From the NCBI GenBank assembly GCA_020137815.1, contig CM035350.1, forward strand, positions 2,976,001-3,040,000: a DNA stretch of 64,000 bases, written 5' to 3'. The DNA comes from Hormiphora californensis (lineage: Eukaryota; Animalia; Ctenophora). The position numbers were made by a program, and so were the translations under genes. Shown one piece after another: positions 11,673 to 23,067 of the stretch (position 1 is the stretch's first letter; each line of letters opens with the position of its first letter). A model generated the notes under the pieces. The model had not been told where the DNA came from and did no database searches. It was given only the letters and a program-made list of their open reading frames with translations.

Positions 11673-14600
11673 GTATAAAGTTTGTAGAGGGTGAGTGTAG
11701 GGTAACTGCAGCTGCCCAAACTCGGGTTGGTGACTTTCCAAGATGCTCGTGTGGAAAAAACTGCAACCGAGATTACCCCTGTCTTTCTATCCAGGTTAGT
11801 GTGGCATTTGATTTGGGACCCATTACCACTGCAGTAACCCATTCGTATTGTTCATACTCTCTTTTTCATTTTATTCAAAAATGAAAGCCTCACGAGGACA
11901 CAAGATAGTTTGAATTAGCCTTGATATATGAACAATGGGCCTACCTGCAGGGTGAATACAGATCATTGGTAGAGACGTCACAGGGAAACTTTAGTGGGTA
12001 TCTCTACCATAACTACTGGGCGAAGCAGCACGATTGTGTTTACAAGGTTGAAACATGTGGCAGCTTCGATGACAATATTGGATATGTGTATGACTTCTTC
12101 GCTTCAAACATTGCAGTTTATGTGAGTAAGATCATAGCACTGGCAAGTGCCCCGGGCCCAAAAGGGGGGTGTGGGGGCACAGCCCCCACCATAAACGGGG
12201 GTGTGGGGGCAGAGCCCCCACCTTAGAAATACCCTCTAACTCAAAAAACAAAAGAGAGAGCACACGCAACACTTCTACACACAAGCGCGTGAAAACCTGC
12301 CAGTGCTACTATATACCATTGCAGATTTCGGGGTCGATAGTGTTGGGTTGCTGTGGTTCCTCCTGAAACCCCTTTAGGGATGCCCAGTCTACTCCTGGTC
12401 AGTTCCCGTCCTCATTGCGCCGGTTGTGGTGATCAATGTATTTATGGATGGACGCAGAACAATACACAGGGTTTCTTGAAACGTTTTCGCTAGATCACAT
12501 AAACATCCAGCATCATCAGCTAAAAGAGAAAGATGTTAAACATGAGATACAAAAACCCATCACGCTAAAAAACTGCTCAAAAATGGTCAAGCTAAACAAT
12601 TTTTGCACATTTTTCAACTCATTTTACAACCCGCAGCCACTCAAAACAGGGACTAGCGCGCGTTTTGCGCGCCAGAGAACGCAACTGTGTCGCGGCGCCC
12701 TCCGCCCAGCACTGCAAAACAGTACATGAATTGAAAAATGTGCAAAATTGTATAAAATGTATAAAATCCCTCATCTCACTACCACCATCCTATTAAGGCC
12801 AAAAACTTTAGTATTTAACTGTTCTATATATCTCCCCTCGAATCTATCCAACTCTACCGCTGGCACCTGCCTTATGATCCCTACATTAAAGAGTTTTAAA
12901 TCGAAATTGTTTTTGTGTCTGAGGAAGCAGTGGAGACTCAAGGCACTTTTCTCAAAACTGAGATTAGTGTCTATTTTGAACTTGTTCCTGTGTCCGTTAA
13001 ATCTGATGTGGAGAGGTGTCGTGGTTTGCCCAATGTAAGTAGTTTCCCGTCCACCATTCTCCAAACATATCCTACACTGAGCTATGTATATGACATTGGC
13101 TGTTTTGCAGTTCAACGTCATATCCAAATCAACCGATTCTCCGTTGGTCTGGAACCTCGTGCTACTCCCCATCAATTCGCAGGTTTTGCACCCTTTCGAT
13201 CCACATTTCTGGCTGTCTACCGGTACCCTCTCTTCATGTCCTTCACTCAGTTTCCTATTCCGTACGACAGTGTTGCCTATAGAGGGGTGTTTTCTAAGGG
13301 CGAACACAGTCTGGACGTCTCCAGCAGCTGACTTGATGTCTTCATCCATTGCTCTAACGAACGATTTCAGATTGTCAATACCTTTGAAGTATGAGGTCAC
13401 AAACATGAGTTTCTTGGTGACCGGGGTACTGTTCTCGCTCGGTGTTGGGTTCTCTTGGGCAAGAACTCGTTCCAAAGCTCGAGGTTGCAGAGAATTGAGT
13501 GCCTCCATCTTGTGCCCGCTTTTCTCAAGATCTCTTTTAAGGTCCTCAACATCCCTGTCTCTTGTTTCCGGCAGTGAGTTTCTCTTCATAATCCGGATTA
13601 GCTGACTCACTGCCACTCATTTGAAGACATTCTCGTGGTGGTAGGAGTCTGTCTTCAGGTATAGTCTAGCATCGGTGGGCTTCCGGTAGAGTTCGTATTG
13701 TAGTCCCGTGCGATCTAGGTAGAGAGAGACGTCAAGGTAGTTAACCCTGTTTCCATACTGCTGGTCTCCAAACTGGATCCCATACTCAGCTGTTTTTAAA
13801 TTCAGCTGGTTGATGAAGGTCGTTAATTGTCTCTCTGTTCCGACCCACACTCCGATGATGTCGTCAATAAATCGCCTCCATAACCTGATCTGTGAAGGGA
13901 TTGGGTCTCGTATCGCATGAAAGATCAACCAATGAAGGGTGATGTCCGCTAGTTGTCGCGAGATACAGTTTCCAGTGGGTATACCCTTCACGCTGGTGAA
14001 AACCTTCCCCTCAAACGTGATAAAAGACTTTTCAAGTATGAGTGTGATGAAATTCCTCAACGTAGTCCTCCTGTCACGTGCAACCTTGCAGGTTACAAAA
14101 GCATGCTCCAGTGCCTGCAAAGCTACGTCCGGTCGGATGCTGGGGTATAGTGACACCACGTCCAAAGTGAACAATTGGGTGCCTCCCCCTTTGAAAATGG
14201 CCTCCCCGCTTTTGCTGAGTGAGTCCAGCTGTTGTAGGAGATCATCTGTGTCCAAGATATACTCGTGTCCACAGTAGCTCTTGCTTATCTCCGTGATGTA
14301 TGGCGATACCCATTTTTCAATCCTATAGAGTGGGCCAGCTCTGGTGGCGTGAACCAGCCTAGCTGGGGGTATTGTCTTCTCATCGATTTGCTGTTGCGTC
14401 AGCTTGTGTATTTTGAAGAGGGGGTAGGTATAGGGTACTACAGGCCTAAATACGGGGGACTGCTTCAAATTGTTGTTCTTGTTCAGTCCTGTGATGCGTG
14501 TTTTGTCCTCCTCAGTAATCCTACCGCTCTCCAATTCATTCAAGACTGTCGCTTGTACATGTTTATTGGTGTCTGTCATCCTTTCTTCAATGGACTGGTT

Positions 14601-17600
14601 TACCTCGCAAAAGTTGTCACGGCAGTTTACTGAAGTTCGGATGGCTTGTAGAGCGTCCTCATAGTTGAGGATGAGGGTGGCCCCTCCCTTGTCAGCTCTG
14701 GTCACGAAGATTTGTTCCTCTTCTATTTTCCTCCTGACCCACTTCTTTCCGTCTGCTTCCTTACGGGTTAGGTTGCTCTTGGGTTTCGGTGGGTTCAGCC
14801 CATCAATGTGGCTTAATAAACGACTTTTTATGTCCTCCACGGTGGCGTTATGGTAGTCGTTTGGTCCTCTTCTGGATGGGATTCTGAGGTCCTGGTGTCG
14901 GTCGTCTCGTAAGGGCTCGTTTTCATCCCCGGTTTTCTCGTGGAAGAAGGCCTTCCACTCCAACTTTCGTAGGTATTCCTTTGCATCGAATTTCAGGTCA
15001 TACTTGTTGAAGTTACGTACTTCTACAAAGTTGAGGCCTTTTGCTAGGTATAGGAAAGCTTCATCGGGGATTTCTAGCGAAGAGAGGTTGCGGACCAAGG
15101 TGGTTTTTATTTCCTGGACCCTGGCTGTTAGTTCTTGTTGCTTCCTCAACTTCTTTCTGGTACGGTAGTCCCTTCTTCTTTTGGTTTTATGGGCTTTCGA
15201 TGCCCTTCTCCGAGTCTGTCTCCGCTCCCCTCTCTTGGTTAACTTAGGAGCTGCTGATTTTGGTGGTTTACTCATGTGGAAAGCGATCTTCCGATCTCTC
15301 TTTACCTTCAGCTTCTGTTCCAGATCATTGTTGGGGGCTGGTTCACAATTTCGGGTGTTTGGAACGAGTTCTTGCCCAAGAGAACCCAACACCGAGCGAG
15401 AACAGTACCCCGGTCACCAAGAAACTCATGTTTGTGACCTCATACTTCAAAGGTATTGACAATCTGAAATCGTTCGTTAGAGCAATGGATGAAGACATCA
15501 AGTCAGCTGCTGGAGACGTCCAGACTGTGTTCGCCCTTAGAAAACACCCCTCTATAGGCAACACTGTCGTACGGAATAGGAAACTGAGTGAAGGACATGA
15601 AGAGAGGGTACCGGTAGACAGCCAGAAATGTGGATCGAAAGGGTGCAAAACCTGCGAATTGATGGGGAGTAGCACGAGGTTCCAGACCAACGGAGAATCG
15701 GTTGATTTGGATATGACGTTGAACTGCAAAACAGCCAATGTCATATACATAGCTCAGTGTAGGATATGTTTGGAGAATGGTGGACGGGAAACTACTTACA
15801 TTGGGCAAACCACGACACCTCTCCACATCAGATTTAACGGACACAGGAACAAGTTCAAAATAGACACTAATCTCAGTTTTGAGAAAAGTGCCTTGAGTCT
15901 CCACTGCTTCCTCAGACACAAAAACAATTTCGATTTAAAACTCTTTAATGTAGGGATCATAAGGCAGGTGCCAGCGGTAGAGTTGGATAGATTCGAGGGG
16001 AGATATATAGAACAGTTAAATACTAAAGTTTTTGGCCTTAATAGGATGGTGGTAGTGAGATGAGGGATTTTATACATTTTATACAATTTTGCACATTTTT
16101 CAATTCATGTACTGTTTTGCAGTGCTGGGCGGAGGGCGCCGCGACACAGTTGCGTTCTCTGGCGCGCAAAACGCGCGCTAGTCCCTGTTTTGAGTGGCTG
16201 CGGGTTGTAAAATGAGTTGAAAAATGTGCAAAAATTGTTTAGCTTGACCATTTTTGAGCAGTTTTTTAGCGTGATGGGTTTTTGTATCTCATGTTTAACA
16301 TCTTTCTCTTTTAGCTGATGATGCTGGATGTTTATGTGATCTAGCGAAAACGTTTCAAGAAACCCTGTGTATTGTTCTGCGTCCATCCATAAATACACAG
16401 ATTTCGGGGTTTTTGATGCTCTAAAAAAGCATGTTCCAGATGAAGTAGAGACCTGAAATTTTGTACTCTGAGGGCCCTCATATAGGAGAAGAGGCATGCA
16501 AATTTTCAGAACGATCGGATGTAAGGTAAAAATTTGCCAGAGGGGTCCCAAAATGCAAAAATGTAAGGAGGGGGAGGAGAGGGGAGGGGAGGGGAGGGGA
16601 GGGGGAGGGGGAGGACGCTTTTTTATCTTTGAGTGTTCTCCTAAACCACAAATAGTAGAGACTTGCCGTTTGGAACAGTGGTTCCTTACATCATTGCGCT
16701 CGGTAATAGCTGTGTAAGAACTTCAAAATCGCCATAGTTCATTAATTATTCATTAATTAGTCATTAAATATCCATTTAAACCATGGTCGCGATATGGCAC
16801 GACTCGAAGGTCATAGAGACTTGACACCGGTCTTATTCGACGCGGAATGGTCGATTTATGGGGGGTCTTAGTCGGGACAAAAATCTCTATCTCGCACCGT
16901 TAAGCCGTTATTTGCATATTTATACACCTATTCACGATTTTATGCATACTTTCAATATTTTCACTTCGGCTGGTTCTAGAACGTTTTCATGGACATATTT
17001 CGACGCAAAATAGTCGATTTATGGGGGGTCGTCCCCCGGACTAAAAGTCGTATCTCGCACCGTTAAGCCGTTATTTGCATATTTATGCACCGATTCATGA
17101 TTTAATGCATATTCTGAATATTTCCAGTTCGGCTGGTCTTAAAACGTTTTCATAGACAAATTTCGACGCAAAATAGTCGATTTATGGGGGGTCTTACTCG
17201 GAACAAAAATCTCTATCTCGCACCGTTAAGCCGTTATTTGCATATTTATGCACCGATTCATGATTTAATGCATATTCTGAATATTTCCAGTTCGGCTGGT
17301 CTTAAAACGTTTTCATGGACAAATTTCGACGAAAAATAGTCGATTTATGGGGGGTCTTACTCGGAACAAAAATCTCTATCTCGCACCGTTAAGCCGTTAT
17401 TTGCATATTTATGCACCGATTCATGATTTAATGCATATTCTTGATATTTCCACTTCGGCTGGTCCTAGAACGTTTTCATGGACATATTCCGGCGCAGAAT
17501 AGTCGATTTATGGGGGGTCGTCCCCCTGACAAAAAGTCGTATCTCTCACCGTTTAGTCGTTATTCGCATATTTATGAACTATTCAAGTTCGAAAATATGC

Positions 17601-18605
17601 AGAAATCAGAAAAAATAGCTTTTTCTATTTGATGCGCTGAATCACGTGGGCAACTTTTCCGAGCCCTCCGGGGTCGGGAATTTGCTCTAATTGAGTATAA
17701 TTGGGTCTAATTGGCCTTAATTGCTCAGTTGGGGCACTTTCCCGACCTAGGCGGGCTTTGAGGAGTAGCTTGCGTGATTCGGCGTATCAAAATTAGTCGG
17801 AGGAGTGCCTTCACATGGGTGTCTGTCGTTTCCAGGTGGGGGGTTGTAGGTTGGGTCAATTGGACCCTATTGTGCTCGGTTGGGACGCTTTCCCGGCATC
17901 TGAGGGATTGGAGGAGTTGCTTGCGTGATTCAGCGTATCGAGAATAGTCGGGTACGGCGATTTTCGCCTTTGTATGAGTGGGTTTCGGTTTGTTGGCCGG
18001 AGTCTGCCGCGTGTGTGGCGGATTCTGGCCAAGGTTTTTTTAGAGTCTTGGCCGGGATCTGCCACTCGCGTGGCGGATTCCGGCCAATAATTTTAGCGAC
18101 ATGTTTATTTTTATTTTGAAATGAAATTTTCATAGAATTTCAAACGGGGGTATTTCACTTGATTGAGGGAACTCTTGGCCGGAATCTGCCACCGTAGTAT
18201 ATCTTCAATTAGGAGTGAGTTTTTTCCAAAGTGTGTAAGAATATAAGGATCTTTTTTGCGTTAGGTATACCGCTCTGAAGCTCGTCAGTGTCAGATATAG
18301 TTTGACTTGTCTGGCCCTGTCGTGTCTGTGGCGGTATACAAAACTTGATATTATTATTATTATTATTAACACCAAAAAGAACAGAAATTAAGTCCAAAAA
18401 CCAATTAAATAAATTAGTTTGGATGCCCGGGCCCATGTGGTGTCACGGGGGTAACACCTTTAGGCTACTGTCATAAATGATTGATATCGAGAGAGATAAA
18501 GGCAAAAGAAATTAGGATAGAAAGAGTGAGATATAATCAAGAAAGACGGAGAGATAAATAAGAGGATCAGAGAGAGAAAAAGAGAGATATAGTGAAAGAA
18601 ACAGT

Positions 18606-18645
<40 letters not shown>

Positions 18646-20270
18646 GTGTGAGAGAGAGTGAGAGAGAGATAGATAGAGAATAGAGATAGAAAGATTGAAG
18701 GATAACAATTAACAATTAACGAGATATGCCGTTAATTATGGCAGTAGCCTAAAGGTGTTACCCCCGTGACACCACATGGGCCCGGGCATCCAAACTAATT
18801 TATTTAATTGGTTTTTGGACTTAATTATAGGTATATCGGGTCTTGGTTACTGTAGGTCGTAGGATACTGAGTGATATATCTCCCGACCAATCTAGCGAAT
18901 CTTTATCTGGGCCGGGATGTGTGTTCATACGGGCTCTTCACTCTTGTACCCCCCTCCCAAAACTTCACAAAACCCCTACCTGCATACTAAATTCCTCGGG
19001 GGGGGGGGGGGGGGCGGTTGAAGTTTTTGAAGTTTGAAGTTTTCCACCCTACTTTTTGAGTTTTTGAAGTTTTTGAAGTTGACTTCAAAAACTTCAAAAA
19101 CTTCAAAAACTCTAAACTACTTTTATATGCTATCAGTGACTTTTATTACACTTGTTTAGGTTAGTTTCATGCTTAATACATATTGTGGCAAAGTTATCCG
19201 GCCTTGTCTGCCCTTTTTCTACCACAAATTAGGATATTTACAATGATTCCTAGCCATGAAATCCAAGGCACAATTTGGTGTAAAAAATTTAATTTTTTTG
19301 TAAAAACAAATTTAACTTTCATTCTATAACTCAAAAAATTGCCTAGAAAATGCTAAGAAAGTGTTTAAAAATTATGATGTAAATTTTCAAAAATTTTTTT
19401 GGGGCCACACGCTTTTTGCGAGTTTCACAAAATGCAAATTTTTTATGTAGGGAGTAGTGAAAAAACTATGGTCACTAAAATCATCAGCGGCCTCGAGTTA
19501 GTGGGGGTACGTGCCAAAATGAAGTCTCCACCTCATCTAATTCGAGGGATAATGGGATATTTTCATAATTTTGTGTGTGCTCATGACTTATTTTTGGGCT
19601 AGACCAGTTTTAATGGTTTCTGAGTGTCTATAGGATTTTTAAAGGGGTGTATCTTGTTCGGAATATGCAAGTTTATATAAGAGTTATGAAGCAAAATAGG
19701 ACCTATCTCCAACGGTTTAGGAGATATGAGTTTTTGAAGTTTTTGAAGTTTTTGAAGTTTTCCACCCTAAGTTTCTGTTTGAAGTTTTTGAAGTCGACTT
19801 CAAAAACTTCAAAAACTTCAGCCGGCCCCCCCCCCCAATTCCTCTTGTTTGCAGTTGCCCGAGGAGGAAAAGTTAAAGTATCCTACCTTTACCAGTGGTC
19901 CAGTTTACTATAACACTACCACATGGTTCAACTGCTCCGGATATGCGAAGGAGGAAGCAATGTACCAGGAGAACAATGTAAGTGTAGTACATGTTAGATG
20001 TTAGATGTTACATAAACCAAGATGTTACATGTTACATAAACCAAACCATTAAACCAGACTAGGACGGGAATATATGACAGGGAGTTGACCCCTTCCCAAG
20101 TGTTTCTTGTTGTCTCTCCCCACACAACAGTATGCTTCAGTACCCTATCCCCACACAACAATATATGTTTTCAGTACTCTCTATGGAAAGGGCTGACAGC
20201 AGTCTTAGTACCAGGAGTCGTGTTCGCCATCTGTTTTTTGATACTTTTATTCCAATTCATGTGCAAGTAA
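11673..20270 (+). CDS. Constant exons of a Ca-activated K+ (BK) channel beta-subunit-like protein (CaKB family): 11673-11794, 11951-12121, 19855-19977, 20175-20270
   Basis: Phase-compatible GT-AG exons read GIKFVEGECRV...PRCSCGKNCNRDYPCLSIQ / GEY...HDCVYKVETC...AVY / LPE...WFNCSGY...NN / YSLWKGLTAVLVPGVVFAICFLILLFQFMCK*. Eight loop Cys, a CxCGxxC...YPCL motif and two-TM topology of about 205 aa match KCNMB proteins. Confidence 0.8.
12472..12526 (-). ncRNA. Type I minimal hammerhead ribozyme motif in the Penelope 3' region
   Basis: Reverse complement of the motif at 16308-16362. Confidence 0.7.
12771..15357 (-). pseudogene. Penelope RT-EN ORF interrupted by one in-frame TGA (13617-13619)
   Basis: The 591-aa and 281-aa ORFs are in the same frame: ...HHENVFK*VAVSQLIR... 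Confidence 0.85.
16308..16362 (+). ncRNA. Type I minimal hammerhead ribozyme motif (inverted Penelope copy)
   Basis: CTGATGA (16315-16321), stem II GCTGGAT/ATCTAGC, GAAA, palindromic AACGTT stem III, imperfect stem I; hammerheads are a known feature of PLE termini. Confidence 0.7.
16830..17600. repeat. 163-bp subrepeat array (5 copies) inside a larger non-autonomous element (about 12140-18195, possibly Helentron/DINE-like) that the Penelope interrupts
   Basis: TATCTC(G/T)CACCGTT at 16888, 17051, 17214, 17377, 17540; GGGGGCA(C/G)AGCCCCC hairpins near 12170-12222. Confidence 0.65.
18205..18368 (+). mobile_element. Short 3' remnant of an L2-like LINE
   Basis: GTATACCGCTCTGA...GCGGTATAC stem plus (ATT)n tail, the same architecture as at about 1770-1866. 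Confidence 0.55.
18386..18826. mobile_element. MITE with about 85-bp TIRs and internal GA microsatellite
   Basis: AATTAAGTCCAAAAACC...TAGGCTACTG is inverted at the other end. Confidence 0.8.
18998..19836. mobile_element. Non-autonomous TIR element with poly-G termini and 8-bp TSD
   Basis: G-run + CGGTTGAAGTTTTTGAAG ... CTTCAAAAACTTCAGCCGG + C-run; TSD AATTCCTC at 18990-18997 and 19837-19844. Confidence 0.8.
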
Positions 20271-20382
20271 GTAATATTGACACAAAATTATTTGGATGGC
20301 ATTGATCAATTAAATTATATCACAAGGGGTATCTACCTAACACAATTCATATAACTAACACAATTCATCTGACATCTCACAC

Positions 20383-20889
20383 TTATTGTCCAGCTTGAGC
20401 AGCTGCAATTTCTGCTTCATCCGCAGCAACTTGAGCCTCCACTGCTGCCACCTCGGCCTCTCCAGCCGCTGCCTCCGCTTCTGCAGCCGCTGCCTCAGCG
20501 TTAGCGGCTGCTACTTCAGCATCTAGTGCGGCATGTTCTGCGGCTGCGGCTGCTTCCTGTGCCTCCCCTGCAGCGAGGGCAGCCTGGGCAGCTGCATCCT
20601 CTGCTTCGCATGCAGCTAACACAACTTGTTCCTCCGCAACAGCAACAGCAACAGCCGCATCTTCCTCCTCCATAGCAACCTGCAACTCCGCAGCAGCCGC
20701 ATCAGCAACCTCTGCTGCTGATTCGGCCACATTCAGAGCACTGACAGCATCTGCCAGGGCTGCCTCAGTGAGGGCTTGGGAGGCAGCAGCCTCTGCTGCA
20801 GCGTTCTGGGCTTCTTTAGCAGCAGCCTCGGCTTCTGATGCCGCTACTTCAGCAGCTTCAACAGCCTTTTGAACCTCACAATCAGACAT
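20383..20889 (-). CDS. Intronless acidic Ala/Glu-rich helical protein, 168 aa
   Basis: Open frame MSDCEVQKAVEAAEVAA...AQAGQ* with varied Ala codons, so not a simple DNA repeat. Confidence 0.7.
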   Translation of the reverse strand: MSDCEVQKAVEAAEVAASEAEAAAKEAQNAAAEAAASQALTEAALADAVSALNVAESAAEVADAAAAELQVAMEEEDAAVAVAVAEEQVVLAACEAEDAAAQAALAAGEAQEAAAAAEHAALDAEVAAANAEAAAAEAEAAAGEAEVAAVEAQVAADEAEIAAAQAGQ

Positions 20890-21539
20890 GATGGAAACGA
20901 GAGAGAGAAGAAACAACACGGAGAATGATATAAGAGGGGGGAAGTGATCACCCCTTTGTATACAGTGTGATACACCCAGTCACGTGACTTGCTTACACAA
21001 TTAACCCCTCTCTCTCTTGTTAACACTGTGTCATCTTGCATCTAAAACGGGAATGAATGATGTTGTGAAGATCGAATTTTACATCGTGTAGAAAAGTAAA
21101 ACAATTCAATATTTTTGGGGGATAATTATCAGCCAATTCGAGATATAAATCACAGGCACACTAGCAACCCATCAAAATGAAATCTCAAACACAATCCCCC
21201 GGCTCTCCGAACAATGTCCCAAATACATCAAACATCTGATATAATAGGGGTGAGGGGAGGAGTTTGGCGGGGTAGCCTTTGTGAAATCCATCCTGGTCCC
21301 AGCGACCACTCGCACCTTCTACCCAAGATGCTCCCCCTCTCACTCAGCAGCAGACCTGGATTCATCGGCCGATGGTACGCAAAAAAAAGCGTAAAAATAT
21401 AAATAAATATCGCCCCATGACACACACTGTCCTTCAGTTTTACATGGTGCAACGATCCATTTTGCTAATGTGGTCTGTGTCCCGACCTGGGCCTCATATT
21501 TAGCGTTATCCCCCATCGCTCTGCCGTTGCTAGGGGTGA

Positions 21540-21689
21540 TTATTCTGCAGCAGCCTCCTCATCAGCGGCGGCTTCCTCCTCAGCAGCGGGTTCCTCATCA
21601 GCGGCGGCTTCCTCCTCGGCAGCCTCCTCTTGAGTTTCCTCGACAGTCTCCTGGACCTCCTCCTGTTGTACATTCTCGTTATCGGCCAT
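21540..21689 (-). CDS. Small acidic Glu/Ala-rich peptide, 49 aa
   Basis: ACCATGG start context; MADNENVQQEEVQETVEETQEEAAEEEAAADEE...*. Confidence 0.55.
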   Translation of the reverse strand: MADNENVQQEEVQETVEETQEEAAEEEAAADEEPAAEEEAAADEEAAAE

Positions 21690-22160
21690 GGTGCGGGTCT
21701 TCTTCTTCTCTCTCTCGGGCAAACAAACTCAAACTGGGTAAATTGTGAAGTGGTAAAGGGAGGGAGCTTGTGTGGAGAGATGTTGTGGTGGGGTGTGATC
21801 ATCAGGGGGGCTCACACAATCATGTGATCATACACCAGCAGGACGGAGAGAGGGAGATCAGGAGCAGGGGTCAGGGCGGTGTGATCGTGATATATCACAG
21901 ATCTGTATCATATGTAGTCAGAGCGATAACAAGAGGTGACAAAAGTGTAAGCCAAGCTATTCTTGTTGAGGAATAGGGGATCTGAAAATAACAGCGAGCA
22001 GGGTTTCAGTGTAGCTTGGCAAGGTTTGAGATGGACGTTATCTCGAAATAATAATTAATAATAATCAATAATAATAATTAATAATAATTAACTCCAAATG
22101 TACACCGACAAGATCTAATATGTGTACTCTGCAGCTGCTAATCTCACTCATTCTCTCACA

Positions 22161-22238
22161 CGGCGTAGCTCAACAGGTAGAGCAATGGACAGTGGACACG
22201 GAACCAGAGGTTGGCGGTTCGGGCCGGCCCTCGCGGCT
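22161..22238 (+). mobile_element. Degenerate tRNA-derived sequence (SINE head or pseudo-tRNA)
   Basis: A-box-like TAGCTCAACAGGTAGAGC and B-box-like GGTTCG; no intact cloverleaf. Confidence 0.5.
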
Positions 22239-22349
22239 TCACCATATAATTTTCCTCCGCATTTATCCTGATCTCATTCATGACATACTATTTCTACACT
22301 GAATTTGAGCTGAATTAGTTAGATCTTAACAGCGTATTCTCTCTCTCAG

Positions 22350-23067
22350 GAACTGTGATTGTGACTTCGACTGTTTTGCTCGTCAGTCCCAGAGTAATCG
22401 AGTTCAGAGAGAAATGAGGACGCGAAATGATGTAGAGGTGGTAGAACTGGGATACCGATCGAGAACCAGGTCTATATCCCCGCCCTCTGGCCGGATACCT
22501 CGACTCCGGCGGCGGAGCACGGGAAGTTTGGCCTCTATAAGCGGAAGTCCCGAACTAGCTATCCCTAGTAGACGACGTAGTTTTACTTTTCACGTCGATC
22601 CGGCACCGCCTGCATACGGCACTAACGGTAAGAATGGGTAGCTATTATTACGAGTAGCACCATATAGGGTCTCTTGGAGTTGGCTTGATACATCACTGAT
22701 CTGGGAGACGGACGCTAGGTCTAACTACCGTTATTTTTCGTAAAAATAACGGTAGTTTTAGTCTAAAATCGTAGATTGCGAGCGATCGTTTTCGGCCGTT
22801 AGGCCGGAAACGAGAGCTCGCTGTGGTCCCTAACCGGTCCAGAATGGTTAGGGCTGTTGTTTGGGGCCGAGTGCAATGCAAATTAAACTTTAATTTCCAT
22901 GGCCGGCATAATGTTAATTCATTTCAGATTTATACCTCGGGGATAGTGATTTCATGCCTTCCCAAACCAACTACCCATCCAATCCAGGCTACACATCCAC
23001 TACTGGAGATGAAGAGAGTGGCCTACCACCCCCTCCTAGCTATAATTCTGTCGTTAACAACTACTAG
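22350..23067 (+). CDS. Probable exons (22350-about 22638, 22928-23067) of a low-complexity protein with PPxY motifs
   Basis: AG acceptors followed by open frames ...DPAPPAY... and ...GLPPPPSYNSVVNNY*; start and one junction uncertain. Confidence 0.45.

Larger units (their letters stand above)
12335..16397 (-). mobile_element. Penelope-like retroelement (RT + C-terminal GIY-YIG, Neptune-like Cys linker), 5'-truncated, with a 1040-bp inverted terminal copy
   Basis: RT motifs LDVVSLYPSI, GIPTG, RFIDD; endonuclease NVIY...YIGQT...RFNGH; 15358-16397 is the reverse complement of 12437-13476; TSD CAGATTTCGGGGT at 12322-12334 and 16398-16410. Confidence 0.95.

Noticed and set aside
13617-13619. Selenocysteine or readthrough TGA in the Penelope ORF
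   Set aside because: Sec-coding PLEs (Naiads) have an N-terminal endonuclease, whereas this one is C-terminal. The codon falls at a position that is usually Ser/Gly, and I see no SECIS. A single nonsense mutation is simpler; other copies would settle it
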